Assembly: GCA_963796685.1 (NCBI GenBank)
Contig: CAWCMR010000010.1
Span: 64,001-128,000, forward strand
Reading direction: 5' to 3'
DNA from: an uncultured delta proteobacterium
GTDB lineage: Bacteria > Myxococcota_A > Polyangia > Fen-1088
Length of the DNA stretch: 64,000 nucleotides
In this document: piece by piece, positions 9,040 through 19,409 of the stretch
How the letters are laid out: the number at the start of each line of letters is the position of its first letter
Numbering within the stretch: the first letter of the stretch is position 1
Made by a program: the position numbers and the translations under genes
Notes under the pieces: model-generated
The model's input: only the letters and a program-made list of their open reading frames with translations
Database searches by the model: none
What the model was told of the DNA's origin: nothing

Positions 9040-10053
9040 TCAACCCTGGGTGGCGGCTTCTGCGAGGTGCTGCTTCAGGTTCATGTCGACGGGGCAGGCG
9101 CGCGAGCACTTGCCGCAGCCCACGCAGCCGAGGGTGCCCAGGCGCTCGGGGTAGTACGCGAACTTGTGGTACACGCGCTGGCGCCAGCGCTGGCTCTGCT
9201 TGTCGCGCGGGTTGTGGCCGGAGGAGTGCAAGGTGAAGATGCGCATACCGCAACTGTCCCAGGTGCGCAGGCGCTGCCCTTGCTTGGTGTCGGCCTCGTC
9301 TTGAATGTCGAAGCATGCGCACGTCGGGCACACGAAGGCGCAGGCGCCGCAGCCGAGGCAGCGCAGGCTCTGCTCGGCCCACAGCGGGCTGTCGAACTTG
9401 GCGGCGAGCTTCTGTTGCAAGGCCTTGGCGTCGAAGGCGGGGGCGACGGTGGCGGGCGGCACCACATCGGCTTGGCCCGACAGCAGCTTGAAGGCATCTT
9501 TTGCAAGGGCGACCAGGGACCGGCCCTTCTCGGTCAGCACCTCGGCGACGAATCCGCCGGCCTTGAGCGGCGAGAGCAGGATGTCGCTGCCTTGCGGGTC
9601 GTCGGGGCGCGAGCCGACGGAGGTGCAGAAGCAAGATTCATCGGCTTGCGTGCAGGACAGACCCACGAGCGTGGTGTTGGCCATGCGCGTGTTGAAGAAC
9701 TTGTCCTTGCTGTCCCAGTTGAACACGACGTCGAGAGCGTGAAAGGCGCGCGCCTCGCACGGGCGCAGACCGAAGAGAACCGTGGGCTGGGCTTGTGGCT
9801 CGACATCGTCGAGGGCGACGTTCTTGCCGCCCTCGAAACGGTACTTGAGCAGGCGCTCGACCTTGGGGAAGACGACGCCTTTGGCCGAGACGACGGATTG
9901 CCCACTCTTGGCGATATCGGCGAAGGTCTTGAGGTCGGCGATCTCGGTGCGGCCGGCGACCAGCTTGGGGCCAAGTAGGCGGCGGCCGGACTTGGCCAGG
10001 GCGGCGAGCAGAGTGCTGATGGCGGATTCGGTTGTGGTGTAGCGGTCAGTCAT
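9040..10053 (-). CDS. flxB: 4Fe-4S dicluster protein FlxB (AsrA-like)
   Basis: GLRPCE, CFCTS, CLGCGACAFVCPTCAC, CVGCGKCSRACP. Confidence 0.85.
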   Translation of the reverse strand: MTDRYTTTESAISTLLAALAKSGRRLLGPKLVAGRTEIADLKTFADIAKSGQSVVSAKGVVFPKVERLLKYRFEGGKNVALDDVEPQAQPTVLFGLRPCEARAFHALDVVFNWDSKDKFFNTRMANTTLVGLSCTQADESCFCTSVGSRPDDPQGSDILLSPLKAGGFVAEVLTEKGRSLVALAKDAFKLLSGQADVVPPATVAPAFDAKALQQKLAAKFDSPLWAEQSLRCLGCGACAFVCPTCACFDIQDEADTKQGQRLRTWDSCGMRIFTLHSSGHNPRDKQSQRWRQRVYHKFAYYPERLGTLGCVGCGKCSRACPVDMNLKQHLAEAATQG

Positions 10054-10074
10054 GGTTGTGGCTTCCTGCAGGTG

Positions 10075-10270
10075 CCCTCACCCGGCGAGGTGCGCTCGGC
10101 GGCCTCTCGGTGGGTGGGAGTGGGAAGCCCCTCACCCGCCGAGCTGCGCTCGGCGGCCTCTCCCCGCTGCGCGGGGCGAGGCGGGAAGTGGGGGGCGAGG
10201 CGGGAAGTGGGGGCGCGACACTTCCGTCCCCCTCGCCCCGCGCAGCGGGGAGAGGGTTGGGGTGAGGGGC
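10075..10270. repeat. REP-like palindromic element inside the hdr-flx operon
   Basis: ccctcaccc...gggtgaggg and ctctccccgctgcgcggggcgagg...cctcgccccgcgcagcggggagag inverted arms, with internal duplications. Confidence 0.8.
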
Positions 10271-10297
10271 GGCCGTTCGTGAGCAGAGGCATCTTAC

Positions 10298-11098
10298 CTA
10301 TCGGATGAACGTTTCTTTGTCGTCGGGCTTGAAGGTCGACATGGCGTAGTCGAGCTTGGCGCTGGCGCCGCCCTTTTGGCCGAATTGCCGGCGCACGGTG
10401 CCTTCGGCGAAGAAGGTCAGCAGGTGCACGGGTATGCCGACCGGGCAGGCTGCGCCGCAGGTTCCGCACTGGACGCAGCGGCCGGCCAGATGCATGGCGC
10501 GCACCATGTGGTACTCCAAATTGCCGATGGCGTGGCTGGCGACCGGGATCCACTGTGGGCGATTGCAGTCCATGGTGCAGCGTTCGCAGTAGCACATGGG
10601 GCAGGACGACCGGCAGGCGTAGCACTTCACGCAGCGGCCGAGCTCGCCGGCCCAGAAGGCGCGTCGCTCTTCGACCGACATGGCCGTGAGCTTGTCGATC
10701 ATCGCCTGGTCGGCCGCGGAGATCGCATCCGGCATGGTCGCCACGACTTCTTCGATGGCGTCGAAGGTCGACAATTCGCGAACCGCACCGTCTATCACCG
10801 CCAACGCGAGAACGTTCTCCTCGCGCAATTGCTTCTCCGCCGCCAATTGCAGAATGCTGCGCAGGGTGCTTGGCACCGCGACGATGGCCATGCGGCCCAG
10901 GGCGCGCACCTCATGCTTGGTCAGGTACGTGGCCAGGCTCTGCGCGCAAGCAGCATCCACCACCAAATCGCCCGTGCGCTCGGCCGTGCGCACGAAGATC
11001 GGCCGCCGGCTCTCGCCGGTCCCTTTGCCGTAGCCGATGACGACCTTCACCGCCCCACTCGCCAGCAGCTCTTTGGCCTTGCTCGCCAGCGCTTCCAT
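10298..11098 (-). CDS. flxC: 4Fe-4S protein FlxC
   Basis: VKVVIGY, RCVKCYACRSSCPMCYCERC, HLAGRCVQCGTCGAACPVGIP; TGATG coupling to upstream gene. Confidence 0.85.
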   Translation of the reverse strand: MEALASKAKELLASGAVKVVIGYGKGTGESRRPIFVRTAERTGDLVVDAACAQSLATYLTKHEVRALGRMAIVAVPSTLRSILQLAAEKQLREENVLALAVIDGAVRELSTFDAIEEVVATMPDAISAADQAMIDKLTAMSVEERRAFWAGELGRCVKCYACRSSCPMCYCERCTMDCNRPQWIPVASHAIGNLEYHMVRAMHLAGRCVQCGTCGAACPVGIPVHLLTFFAEGTVRRQFGQKGGASAKLDYAMSTFKPDDKETFIR

Positions 11099-11541
11099 CA
11101 GTCGATCCCCACGGCGGCAAGTTGCTGCACTTCCTTGTACGGGCCAAGCTCGCGCACCGTGTTGGTGGCTTCGTTGACCAGCTCGGCCCATTTGGCGCCT
11201 TCCGCGGCCGAGACCCACGAGAAGGTCACGCGGCGTAGGTCGATGCCCATGAAGTCCATCAAGTCGCGGAACACCATCCAGCGCCGACGCGCGTGGTAGT
11301 TGCCCGAGGTGTAGTGGCAGTCGTTCGGGTGGCAGCCTGAAATGATGACGCCGTCCGAGCCGCGCGAGAAGGCCTTCATCACCAGCATGAAGTCGATGCG
11401 CCCGGTGCAGGGCAGGCGAATCACGCGCACGTTGGGTTGGTACTTGATGCGGCTGGTGCCGGTGAGATCCGCGCCGGCGTAGGTGCACCAGTTGCACACA
11501 AAGGCGGTCATCTTGGGTTCGAATGGTTCGGCCATGGTCAT
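11098..11541 (-). CDS. flxD: MvhD/FlxD 2Fe-2S subunit
   Basis: AFVCNWCTYAGAD, IRLPCTGRID, GCHPNDCHY, WVSAAEG. Confidence 0.92.
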   Translation of the reverse strand: MTMAEPFEPKMTAFVCNWCTYAGADLTGTSRIKYQPNVRVIRLPCTGRIDFMLVMKAFSRGSDGVIISGCHPNDCHYTSGNYHARRRWMVFRDLMDFMGIDLRRVTFSWVSAAEGAKWAELVNEATNTVRELGPYKEVQQLAAVGID

Positions 11542-11549
11542 TCCACGCG

Positions 11550-13541
11550 CTAGATGGACATCAATTCGGCAAAGACTTGTTCGTTGCTGAAGCCTTGCAA
11601 GTCGATGGCCTTGGTTCGGCAGGTCGACACGCAGGTCCCGCAGCCCTGGCACAGGCCTGGGTTCACTTTGGCAACGACCTTTAGCACGTCGCCGTTGCGG
11701 TTCTTGATCGATTCTTCCTCGATGGCCTGGTAGGGGCAGGCCGACTTGCACAGGAAGCAACCCACGCAATGCGAGAACACGGGCGGCGGCTGGCGGTCGA
11801 CCACGGCGATGATGGGTTCGCGGGTAAGCTCTGGCTGCGAGAACAGGCCCGCGACCTTCACCGCCGCGCCGCTGGCCTGGGCGACGGTCTCGGGGATGTC
11901 GCGCGGGGCCTGGCACGCGCCGGCCAGGAAGATGCCGGCGGTGTTGGTCTCCACCGGGCGCAGCTTGGGGTGGGCCTCGGCGAAGAACTTGTACGGGTCG
12001 TACGAGACGTGAAGCGTCTGCGCCAATTCTTCGGCGCCATCCTGCGCTTGCACCGCGGTGGCCAGCACCACCATGTCGGCGCGGATTTCGACCTGCTCGC
12101 CACCGAGCAGCGTGTCCACGCCCTTTACCACCAGCTGCCCATGGTCCTCATACACACGTGACACCCGGCCGCGCACGTACTTCACCCCGTCCTCCTCGAC
12201 AGCGCGGCGGACGAACTCGTCGTAGTTCTTTCCGGCGGCGCGCACGTCCATGTAGAAGACCGTGGCCTGCCCGCCGTGCACTTTGTGCTGGTACAGCATG
12301 GCGTGCTTGGCCGTGTACATGCAGCAGATCTTCGAGCAGTAGGGCACGCCTTTGAGCCGATCGCGGCTGCCGGCGCAGGCGATGAACACGATGGTCTGCG
12401 GCGTCTTGCCGTCGGACGGGCGCTTGATGGCCCCGCCGGTGGGGCCCGAGGCCGAGGCCAGGCGCTCGAACTTCATGCCGTCGATGACGTCCTTGTACTT
12501 GCCGTAGCCGTATTCCGAAAAATTGCTCACCGGCATGGTCTTGTAGCCGGTGGCCAGCACCACCGCGCCCACGTCGTACACTTCGATTTGGTCTTCCTGG
12601 TCGAAGCGGATGGCTTTGGTGGGGCACAGCTTCTCGCACGCCTTGCACTTGCCGGTCTTGAAGTAGGTGCAGTTTTCGAGGTCGATGACGGGCTTGTTGG
12701 GCACGGCCTGCGGGAAGGGCACGTAGATGGCGGCACGGTTGGAGAGGCCTTCGTTGAACTGATCGGGGATCTTCTTGACCGGGCACTTCTGTTGGCACAC
12801 GCCGCAGCCGTTGCAAAGCTTCTCGTCGATCTTGCGCGCCTTGCGCCGGATGGTGGCCTTGAAGTTGCCGATGAAGCCTTCCAGCTTCTCCAGCTCGGAG
12901 TAGGTGAGGAGGGTGATGTTCGGATGGCGTGCCACCTCGACCATGCGCGGGGTGAGGATGCACTGCGAGCAGTCCAGCGTGGGAAAAGTCTCCGAGAGCT
13001 GGCTCATGTGGCCGCCGATGGAAGGCGACTTCTCCACCAGCAGGACCGGGCTGCCCGTGTTGGCGATGTCGAGCGCGGCCTGGATGCCGGCGATGCCTCC
13101 GCCGAGCACCAGCGCCCTCTTGGTGATGGGCACGCGGATGGGCTGCAAGGGGTGGTTGCGCTTCACCTTCTCGACTTGCAGGCGTACGAGATCCACGGCC
13201 TTTGCCGTGGTCGGCTCGCCCTTCTCATGCACCCACGAGCAGTGCTCGCGCAGGTTGGCCATCTCGCACTGGTAGGGGTTGATGCCGCCCTCCTCCGCCG
13301 TCTTCCTGAACGTCGGCTCGTGCATGCGCGGGGAACAGGCGGCCACGACCACGCCGTCCAGCTTCTTGTCGCGGATGGCATCCTTGAGCATGGTTTGCCC
13401 GGGATCGGAGCACATGTATTTGTACTCCACGGCATGCACCACGCCGGGCATGTCCAGGGCTGCCTTGGCCACTGCGACGACATCCACGGTTCCCGCGATG
13501 TTCTCGCCGCAGTGGCAAACGAAGACGCCAACGCGTGACAT
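11550..13541 (-). CDS. hdrA: heterodisulfide reductase subunit A
   Basis: GVFVCHCGENI, ANLREHCSWVH, GGGIAG, TFPTLDCSQC, YCSKICCMY, ferredoxin motifs. Confidence 0.96.
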   Translation of the reverse strand: MSRVGVFVCHCGENIAGTVDVVAVAKAALDMPGVVHAVEYKYMCSDPGQTMLKDAIRDKKLDGVVVAACSPRMHEPTFRKTAEEGGINPYQCEMANLREHCSWVHEKGEPTTAKAVDLVRLQVEKVKRNHPLQPIRVPITKRALVLGGGIAGIQAALDIANTGSPVLLVEKSPSIGGHMSQLSETFPTLDCSQCILTPRMVEVARHPNITLLTYSELEKLEGFIGNFKATIRRKARKIDEKLCNGCGVCQQKCPVKKIPDQFNEGLSNRAAIYVPFPQAVPNKPVIDLENCTYFKTGKCKACEKLCPTKAIRFDQEDQIEVYDVGAVVLATGYKTMPVSNFSEYGYGKYKDVIDGMKFERLASASGPTGGAIKRPSDGKTPQTIVFIACAGSRDRLKGVPYCSKICCMYTAKHAMLYQHKVHGGQATVFYMDVRAAGKNYDEFVRRAVEEDGVKYVRGRVSRVYEDHGQLVVKGVDTLLGGEQVEIRADMVVLATAVQAQDGAEELAQTLHVSYDPYKFFAEAHPKLRPVETNTAGIFLAGACQAPRDIPETVAQASGAAVKVAGLFSQPELTREPIIAVVDRQPPPVFSHCVGCFLCKSACPYQAIEEESIKNRNGDVLKVVAKVNPGLCQGCGTCVSTCRTKAIDLQGFSNEQVFAELMSI

Positions 13542-13550
13542 CGTGACTCC

Positions 13551-14423
13551 TTATTGCGCCGCCGCCGCGGCAACGTGTTTGACGGGGAATTTGACCGGCA
13601 CGAAGTGCCGCCCCAGGCCCAGCTCCTTTGCGGAGAGCCCGAGCGCCATGCCGATGACCTGGGTGATGAAGAGAACCGGGATATCGGTCTTCGCATCGAG
13701 ACGCTGGTTGATTTCGCCTCGGCGCAAATCGAGGTTGGAATGGCACATGGGGCAGGCGACCACCACGGCTTCGGCCTTCTTCTCGACCGCGTCCTTCATG
13801 ATCTTGGCGCCCAGGCGGCCGACCACCGACGTCTTCGACACCGAGAATGAGGCGCCGCAGCACTCGGTCTTGAAATTCCAATCGATGCTCTTGCCGCCGA
13901 CCGTGGCGACCAGCTTGTCCATCTCCACCGGATCCTCGGTGCGATCGAAGCCGGTGACCTTGGCCGGCCGGACCAGCAAGCAGCCGTAGTAGCAGGCGAC
14001 CGTCTGCTCGAACCTCTTGGTGACCTTCGCGCCGATCTGCTCCGTCACTTGCGCCAGCAGCTCGAGCACGTTCAGCACGCGCGGCAACTTGGTGATGGTG
14101 GTCTGCAACACCTTCTCGACCTGTGCCTTGGTCGTGGGGCTGGTGGCGATTTCGTGCCTGGCGGTGGCCAGCCGGTTGTAGCAGGACGCACACGGGGCCA
14201 TCACCTGGTCCAGACCCGCCTTTTGCGCCTTGAGCAGCACGTTGATGGGCAGGGCCACCGAAACCAGGTGCTCGATCATGTGGCCCGAGCTGGCGCCGCA
14301 GCAGTTCCATTCCGGCACTTCGCAAAGCTCGATGGACAGCGCCTTGGTCACGGCATCGAGCGATTCGGCGAAGTCGCGCGATGACCCCTGCAGCGAGCAG
14401 CCAGGAAAGTAACCGACCTTCAT
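13551..14423 (-). CDS. hdrB: heterodisulfide reductase subunit B
   Basis: YFPGCSL, WNCCGA, YYGCLLVRP, ECCGA, ACPMCHSNLD (two CCG domains). Confidence 0.95.
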   Translation of the reverse strand: MKVGYFPGCSLQGSSRDFAESLDAVTKALSIELCEVPEWNCCGASSGHMIEHLVSVALPINVLLKAQKAGLDQVMAPCASCYNRLATARHEIATSPTTKAQVEKVLQTTITKLPRVLNVLELLAQVTEQIGAKVTKRFEQTVACYYGCLLVRPAKVTGFDRTEDPVEMDKLVATVGGKSIDWNFKTECCGASFSVSKTSVVGRLGAKIMKDAVEKKAEAVVVACPMCHSNLDLRRGEINQRLDAKTDIPVLFITQVIGMALGLSAKELGLGRHFVPVKFPVKHVAAAAAQ

Positions 14424-15004
14424 TGTTGCGACTCCTTCTTCACCGCGCGGGCGCGGGCGAAGATCTCCGCCACTTCGCGCTTGTTGGCGCCTCCGTGCGG
14501 GAAGAGTCCCAGCTTCCCTTTGAAGAACATGGTGGGCGCCACGCCGACATCCTTGAAGAAGTGGCCCGTTCGTAGCTTGTAGTCGCCCACCATGCCGAGC
14601 TCGAACAGGCGCCCGGCCCTCTCGACCGAATTCAAGAACGCCTTGTGAAACGCTACCACGTCATCGGCGTCTTGGTTGGCCACGTTGCGTGCCAGCGCCT
14701 CCTGGCGCAGAAAATCCATGGCGCGCGGCAGGTCGACCTCTTGCGGACAGCGCGTGACGCACGTTTCGCAGCCGATGCACATCCAGATGGCCATCGATTT
14801 GAGGGCGCGTTCTTCGTGCTTGGGCGATTCGGTTTGCAGCAGGCGCAGCACCTGCGACGGTGCGACGTCCATGTCCTCGGCGGCGGGGCACCCGGCGGTG
14901 CACTTGCCGCACTGGTAGCAGTCCGCGACGCTGACTTCACCCTCTTTTTCCAGCCGCGCCGCCAAGCTGTGACACGGGGACAACGATTCGTGATGCGTGC
15001 TCAT
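14420..15004 (-). CDS. hdrC: heterodisulfide reductase subunit C
   Basis: CYQCGKCTAGCP and IWMCIGCETCVTRCP; ATGA overlap with hdrB. Confidence 0.93.
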   Translation of the reverse strand: MSTHHESLSPCHSLAARLEKEGEVSVADCYQCGKCTAGCPAAEDMDVAPSQVLRLLQTESPKHEERALKSMAIWMCIGCETCVTRCPQEVDLPRAMDFLRQEALARNVANQDADDVVAFHKAFLNSVERAGRLFELGMVGDYKLRTGHFFKDVGVAPTMFFKGKLGLFPHGGANKREVAEIFARARAVKKESQQ

Positions 15005-15156
15005 GTGCTTCTCCCGTCCGAGGTTTCGGCCCCCTCGGCGTGCGCAGTATGCGCCCATTTCGGGTCCTCATCGTAGGATTTTTCACAGCGAGGACCGCCC
15101 CTCCGGTGTCGCTCGGCGGCGAGCCCAAGCCGCCTTCTCGAACGAGAGGTAGCGCA

Positions 15157-15189
15157 CAAAAAGACAGGGCCGGGGATTGCTCCGGCCCT
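15157..15189 (-). terminator. probable intrinsic terminator after rpoZ
   Basis: Minus strand agggccggag-caat-ccccggccct hairpin followed by gtctttttg. Confidence 0.6.
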
Positions 15190-15228
15190 CATCCTGTGTG
15201 TCTCGCGCCTCTCGCGCGTCTCGGGAGG

Positions 15229-15519
15229 CTAGCTGTTGTTGTGGCTCGCGTACTTGGCCAGCGTGCGCTCGCGCTCTGGTCGCGCACCGCGTGCACGCAT
15301 CTCGGCGATGTACTGCCTGATCGTACCTTCGACATTCTCGTTGAAACGCACCGAGCCTTGAGCGATCTCCCGCAACGCGGTGACGCCGGGTTTGTTGTCG
15401 CACTTGACCAGCGGCACAGCCCGCCCGGCAAGGTGGCGCGCGCGCTCTGCCGCCAGGATGACCAGGGCGAAGCGGTTCGGGACTTTCTCCAAACAATCTT
15501 CAACAGTTACGCGAGCCAA
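15229..15519 (-). CDS. rpoZ: RNA polymerase omega subunit
   Basis: [20 protein letters not shown]...[12 protein letters not shown]. Confidence 0.97.
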   Translation of the reverse strand: MARVTVEDCLEKVPNRFALVILAAERARHLAGRAVPLVKCDNKPGVTALREIAQGSVRFNENVEGTIRQYIAEMRARGARPERERTLAKYASHNNS

Positions 15520-15751
15520 AGGAGCCTCCGGGGTGAAGTACGAGGACCGGATATTAAGGCGGAAGCCGGCAAAGTCAAGGCCCGCCGCTCGGCATCGAAG
15601 GCCGGAGTCGCGCGATGTGAGACCAGCACAATCGTATTACGAAGTGGTTACGACATTGCAAAGTGCCCTCGCTGATTCTAGGCTAGGTAAATCGGTGCTA
15701 TTTATTTCGGCGCTCCTTGTGGGAGGGGATCGCCGGAGGAGTTGAAACAAG

Positions 15752-16510
15752 ATGTCGGCGATCACTATTAATTGGAGCGACCTAGAGATTGCTTTCGAGC
15801 GGAACTCTCCCGAGCAGGAAAGTTTCCTCGACCTCGAAAATGGAGATTTGCTTTCCATTGCCGAAGGTGAACCGGATGCTGGCGCCCGACGGGCCAAGGT
15901 GTCCAACAACCCGGATCGTTACCTCCGTATCGATCCCGCTTCGTCACGCGAACAGTACCGCTGGATGGAGCGCTTCGTAGGCGCGGTTCAGGACCTGCCG
16001 CTGCGCGAACGCCTTCTTGTCGCCATCGACGGCAAGGGTGCATTCCGCAGATTCAAGGATGTCCTGCTGGCATTCCCCGCCGAAAGAGAGCGTTGGTTCG
16101 CCTATCGTTCGGAGTTGCTGCATCTCCACATCCAGACTTGGCTCGACCACCTTCACATCGAGGCGATCAACCCGCCGCCGTGGGGCAGGGTCGTCGCCCG
16201 CGCCGAAACCCCGGAGGTTGCGCACGTCATGCCCGCGGGCGAGTCGCCGGGTGAGATCCTGCGCCGTCAGGCGCGCGAGCTCATCGAGGAAATTCCGGCG
16301 GCTGAAATGCCAACCGCCATCGTGTTTCTGGAATTCCTTCGCGAGCGGGGGGCGACCTCCCTTTTGGGAGGAAACCCGGTTGACTTGACGGCGCCGGGCA
16401 AGACCTCGGAAGAGTTGCCTCTTCAGACCGAAGACCAGCATCTGCACGAGAGCTTGCACGACGAGGCCCACCACGAGAGCGTGCACAAGGAAGGGGCCGT
16501 CGCCAGCTAG
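15752..16510 (+). CDS. UPF0158 family protein
   Basis: FLDLENG, YRWMERF, IDGKGAFRRFKDVL, ERERWFAY. Confidence 0.88.
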   Translation: MSAITINWSDLEIAFERNSPEQESFLDLENGDLLSIAEGEPDAGARRAKVSNNPDRYLRIDPASSREQYRWMERFVGAVQDLPLRERLLVAIDGKGAFRRFKDVLLAFPAERERWFAYRSELLHLHIQTWLDHLHIEAINPPPWGRVVARAETPEVAHVMPAGESPGEILRRQARELIEEIPAAEMPTAIVFLEFLRERGATSLLGGNPVDLTAPGKTSEELPLQTEDQHLHESLHDEAHHESVHKEGAVAS

Positions 16511-16521
16511 CCGGCCGAGGA

Positions 16522-17403
16522 TCAGCGGAGGCGGAGTCGTTCCGCCTCTGCTGTTTTGTTCGCCACGTCGATCTTTTCAGCGGCCTCCGCTTCGGGCGTG
16601 GCTTCGCGTGTCGTTGCTGATTCCGGTGGGATCCAGATCCAACCCTGCGGATCGATGGGGTCGCCCGCGGCCGCCGGGAGCTGCCACCCGTCGCGGCTGC
16701 GCAGATAGCCCGTGTACGCGCACACCACCGCGTCGAAGATGTGGTCGCTTTGGCGGCAGTGTTCGCGCCAGACGCCGGGACCGAAGCTCAGGTCCCCGAG
16801 GGCGGCCAGAATGTCGATACGGCGGTCGACGCGTTTGCGATAGGGCTCGCGAAATCCAAGCAGCTCCAGCGTGGCGCGAGGAAAGACCTCGATGAGGTTG
16901 TGGTTGAGCCGGAAGTGTTGGCCGAGCGCGCGCACCAGATGGGCAGCACGCGCGGCCAGCGGTCCCATGGCCTGTCCCAGGGTTTCGCGCGCCCGAATCC
17001 CACGGCTGCGCAGGTAGAGATCGGTCGCGCGCTGGGTGTAGGGCGTGATGACGGGCTTGCCGCGGCGGTGGTCGCGACTCGCACCCGGTTCGGGCGCCGC
17101 GAAGCCGCGCATGGTCAGCACCTCGGCATCGACGCACGCCGCTTGACCCGGGCACACCGGCTCGGTACAGCGCAGGCATGGCGGCAGCGTCAAGGGCGCG
17201 TCGACGCAGACCACGGCGTTCTCGACGCGGGAGAGCAAGGCCGAAATCAGGGCTGCATCGTAGAGCGGCGGCTCTTTGGCCCGCGGAGAGATTTGGGTCA
17301 CCGTGACCCCGTCGCGGCTGCGTTCGAGCACGGCCAAGGCGGTCTTCTTGCCTTTGCCGCCCCCCAGATCCACCCCGATGAATCGGGTGAAGGCCTTTTC
17401 CAT
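16522..17403 (-). CDS. DUF429 domain protein (RNase H-like fold)
   Basis: [33 protein letters not shown]. Confidence 0.8.
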   Translation of the reverse strand: MEKAFTRFIGVDLGGGKGKKTALAVLERSRDGVTVTQISPRAKEPPLYDAALISALLSRVENAVVCVDAPLTLPPCLRCTEPVCPGQAACVDAEVLTMRGFAAPEPGASRDHRRGKPVITPYTQRATDLYLRSRGIRARETLGQAMGPLAARAAHLVRALGQHFRLNHNLIEVFPRATLELLGFREPYRKRVDRRIDILAALGDLSFGPGVWREHCRQSDHIFDAVVCAYTGYLRSRDGWQLPAAAGDPIDPQGWIWIPPESATTREATPEAEAAEKIDVANKTAEAERLRLR

Positions 17404-17580
17404 GATTCGCGTGGCCACGACGGGCTGTCCTCGATTCACCTTGAGCCATGCACGCACGTGGGTCAACGCGAATCCAGGGTCGCGGCGCGGCCAAGGTCGG
17501 GCATTGACAGCACGGCGCTTTGGGACAGGATAGATGGAATGACTGCCCGGACCGGTTCACCGGCCGGGACGGAGAGCTCA

Positions 17581-17985
17581 ATGAAACGCACGATGTTCAA
17601 ATCGAAGATCCACCGTGTCACGGTGACTCATGCCGATCTGGCCTACGAAGGCTCGGTTACCATCGACGAGACCCTCATGCGCGCGGCGGATATCCTACCC
17701 TACGAAAAGGTCGCCATTTGGGACGCGACCAACGGAGCCCGGATCGAAACCTATGCGCTTCCTGGTGAGGCCGACTCGGGCGTTGTTTGCGTCAATGGCG
17801 CCGCGGCGCGCCTTGTGCAGCCAGGTGACGTGGTGATTCTGGCCACCTTCGTAGAGGGCATCGACGAGGCCGAGGCCAAGGCGTGGAAACCCACCGTGGT
17901 TCGCGTGGACGGCAGCAACCGAATCCTGACCGCGGCTCCCACCGGCGAGATCCCAGGGCCGGGCCGTCCCTGGGTGGTCTCCTGA
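17581..17985 (+). CDS. panD: aspartate 1-decarboxylase
   Basis: [44 protein letters not shown]. Confidence 0.97.
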   Translation: MKRTMFKSKIHRVTVTHADLAYEGSVTIDETLMRAADILPYEKVAIWDATNGARIETYALPGEADSGVVCVNGAAARLVQPGDVVILATFVEGIDEAEAKAWKPTVVRVDGSNRILTAAPTGEIPGPGRPWVVS

Positions 17986-18311
17986 TTACCCATCTCAAAC
18001 CCTCGCGGCTGGAGACGCTTCGGTCGTTCGCCGAAAAGCGTCCCGAGGATCCGTTCCCACGCTACGCGCTGGCCATGGAGCTCAAGACCTCGGGTGACGG
18101 CGAAGGCGCGTGGCGGGAGTTCGACCTGCTGATCGCGAAGCATCCCGAGTACATCGCTTCCTACGCCCCGGCGGGCGAAGTTCTGGTCGGGCTCGACCGT
18201 GTGGACGAAGCGCGCGCGCTGTACGGCAAGGGCATCGAGGTGTGCACGCGGCAGAACGACGCCCACGCGCGCGGCCACCTGGAATCCTCCCTCGACGCCC
18301 TCGACAAGTAA
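17982..18311 (+). CDS. small TPR protein (start uncertain)
   Basis: [36 protein letters not shown]-like helices. Confidence 0.75.
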   Translation: MITHLKPSRLETLRSFAEKRPEDPFPRYALAMELKTSGDGEGAWREFDLLIAKHPEYIASYAPAGEVLVGLDRVDEARALYGKGIEVCTRQNDAHARGHLESSLDALDK

Positions 18312-18350
18312 TACGACCACGGTGGGATTGCGTCTATAATCCTGCTCGGG

Positions 18351-19388
18351 ATGAAGGGACGCGAGACCCCAGGGGTACAGCTCATCGCCGGCAAGTACGA
18401 GTTGCTGGAGCGAGCAGGCGAGGGCGGCATGGCGGTCGTCTGGCGCGCGGTGATGCACGGGGCGGCGGGGTTTTCCCGCCCGGTCGCGCTCAAGCAGATG
18501 AAGCCCGAGCTGCGTGAACAGGATCGGCAGGTGGCGATGTTCGTCGAGGAGGCGCGTCTCGGCTCGTGCCTGCTCCACCCCAACATCATCCAGGTTCTCG
18601 ACTTCGTCGACGACGAGAAGGGCTCGTACTGGCTGGTCACCGAGTGGGTCGAGGGTCTGGATCTCGGCAGCCTGCTGCGCTACTACCGCTCGCGCCACGA
18701 ACGCATTCCGTGGCCGCTGGCCGCTCTCATCGGCATCGGCGCCTTGCGTGGGCTGGCCGCCGCTCACGAGCGCCACACCGCCGACGGCACGCCGGTCCCC
18801 ATCGTCCATCGCGACGTATCGCCGCAGAACCTTCTGCTCGGCACGGGGGGCGCCGTGAAGCTGTCGGATTTCGGCCTGGCGCGTGCCCGGGATCGCACCA
18901 GCGTCTTGACCACACCGGGTTTCATCAAGGGCAAGCTCGGGTATCTCGCGCCCGAGCTGGTCGGTGGGGCGCAGGCCAGCCCGCAATCCGACCTGTTCTC
19001 GATGGGATCGGTGCTGTGGGAGGCCTTGGCCGGGCATCCCCTGTTCACGGGTAAGAACGACCGCGACGTGTTGCGCGCCATCCATCGCGGCCAGGTCCCG
19101 CCGGTCAGCAGCGAGCGGCCGGGCATGCCCAAGCTCTTGACGTTCGCCATCAGCCGGGCTCTGGCCCGCACACCGGCGGAGCGCTACCCGGCAGCCACCG
19201 CCATGGCCCAAGACATCGAGGCGGCCCTGGCCGGGGCGCTGACCTCGACGCTGGAGACCCAGGTGCGACTCGGGCGCGCGGTCGCCGATGCGCGGCGCCA
19301 CCTGGGCCGGAAGACCAAACGCCCCGATTCGCACTCGACCCTGCGCCTCCCGGCGCGGCGGTCGAGCATCGACCTTACCCGCCGCTAG
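18351..19388 (+). CDS. Hanks-type Ser/Thr protein kinase
   Basis: GEGGMA, VALK, HRDVSPQN, DFGLA, GYLAPE, SDLFS. Confidence 0.95.
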   Translation: MKGRETPGVQLIAGKYELLERAGEGGMAVVWRAVMHGAAGFSRPVALKQMKPELREQDRQVAMFVEEARLGSCLLHPNIIQVLDFVDDEKGSYWLVTEWVEGLDLGSLLRYYRSRHERIPWPLAALIGIGALRGLAAAHERHTADGTPVPIVHRDVSPQNLLLGTGGAVKLSDFGLARARDRTSVLTTPGFIKGKLGYLAPELVGGAQASPQSDLFSMGSVLWEALAGHPLFTGKNDRDVLRAIHRGQVPPVSSERPGMPKLLTFAISRALARTPAERYPAATAMAQDIEAALAGALTSTLETQVRLGRAVADARRHLGRKTKRPDSHSTLRLPARRSSIDLTRR

Positions 19389-19409
19389 AGAGACTGGTAG
19401 ATTGGGCAC

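Noticed and set aside
8197-10053. Anaerobic sulfite reductase asrAB or sulfhydrogenase
   Set aside because: No asrC or NiFe large subunit; context with hdrCBA and mvhD fits Flx
11098-13541. Selenocysteine in FlxD/MvhD or HdrA
   Set aside because: No in-frame TGA; Cys at the motif positions
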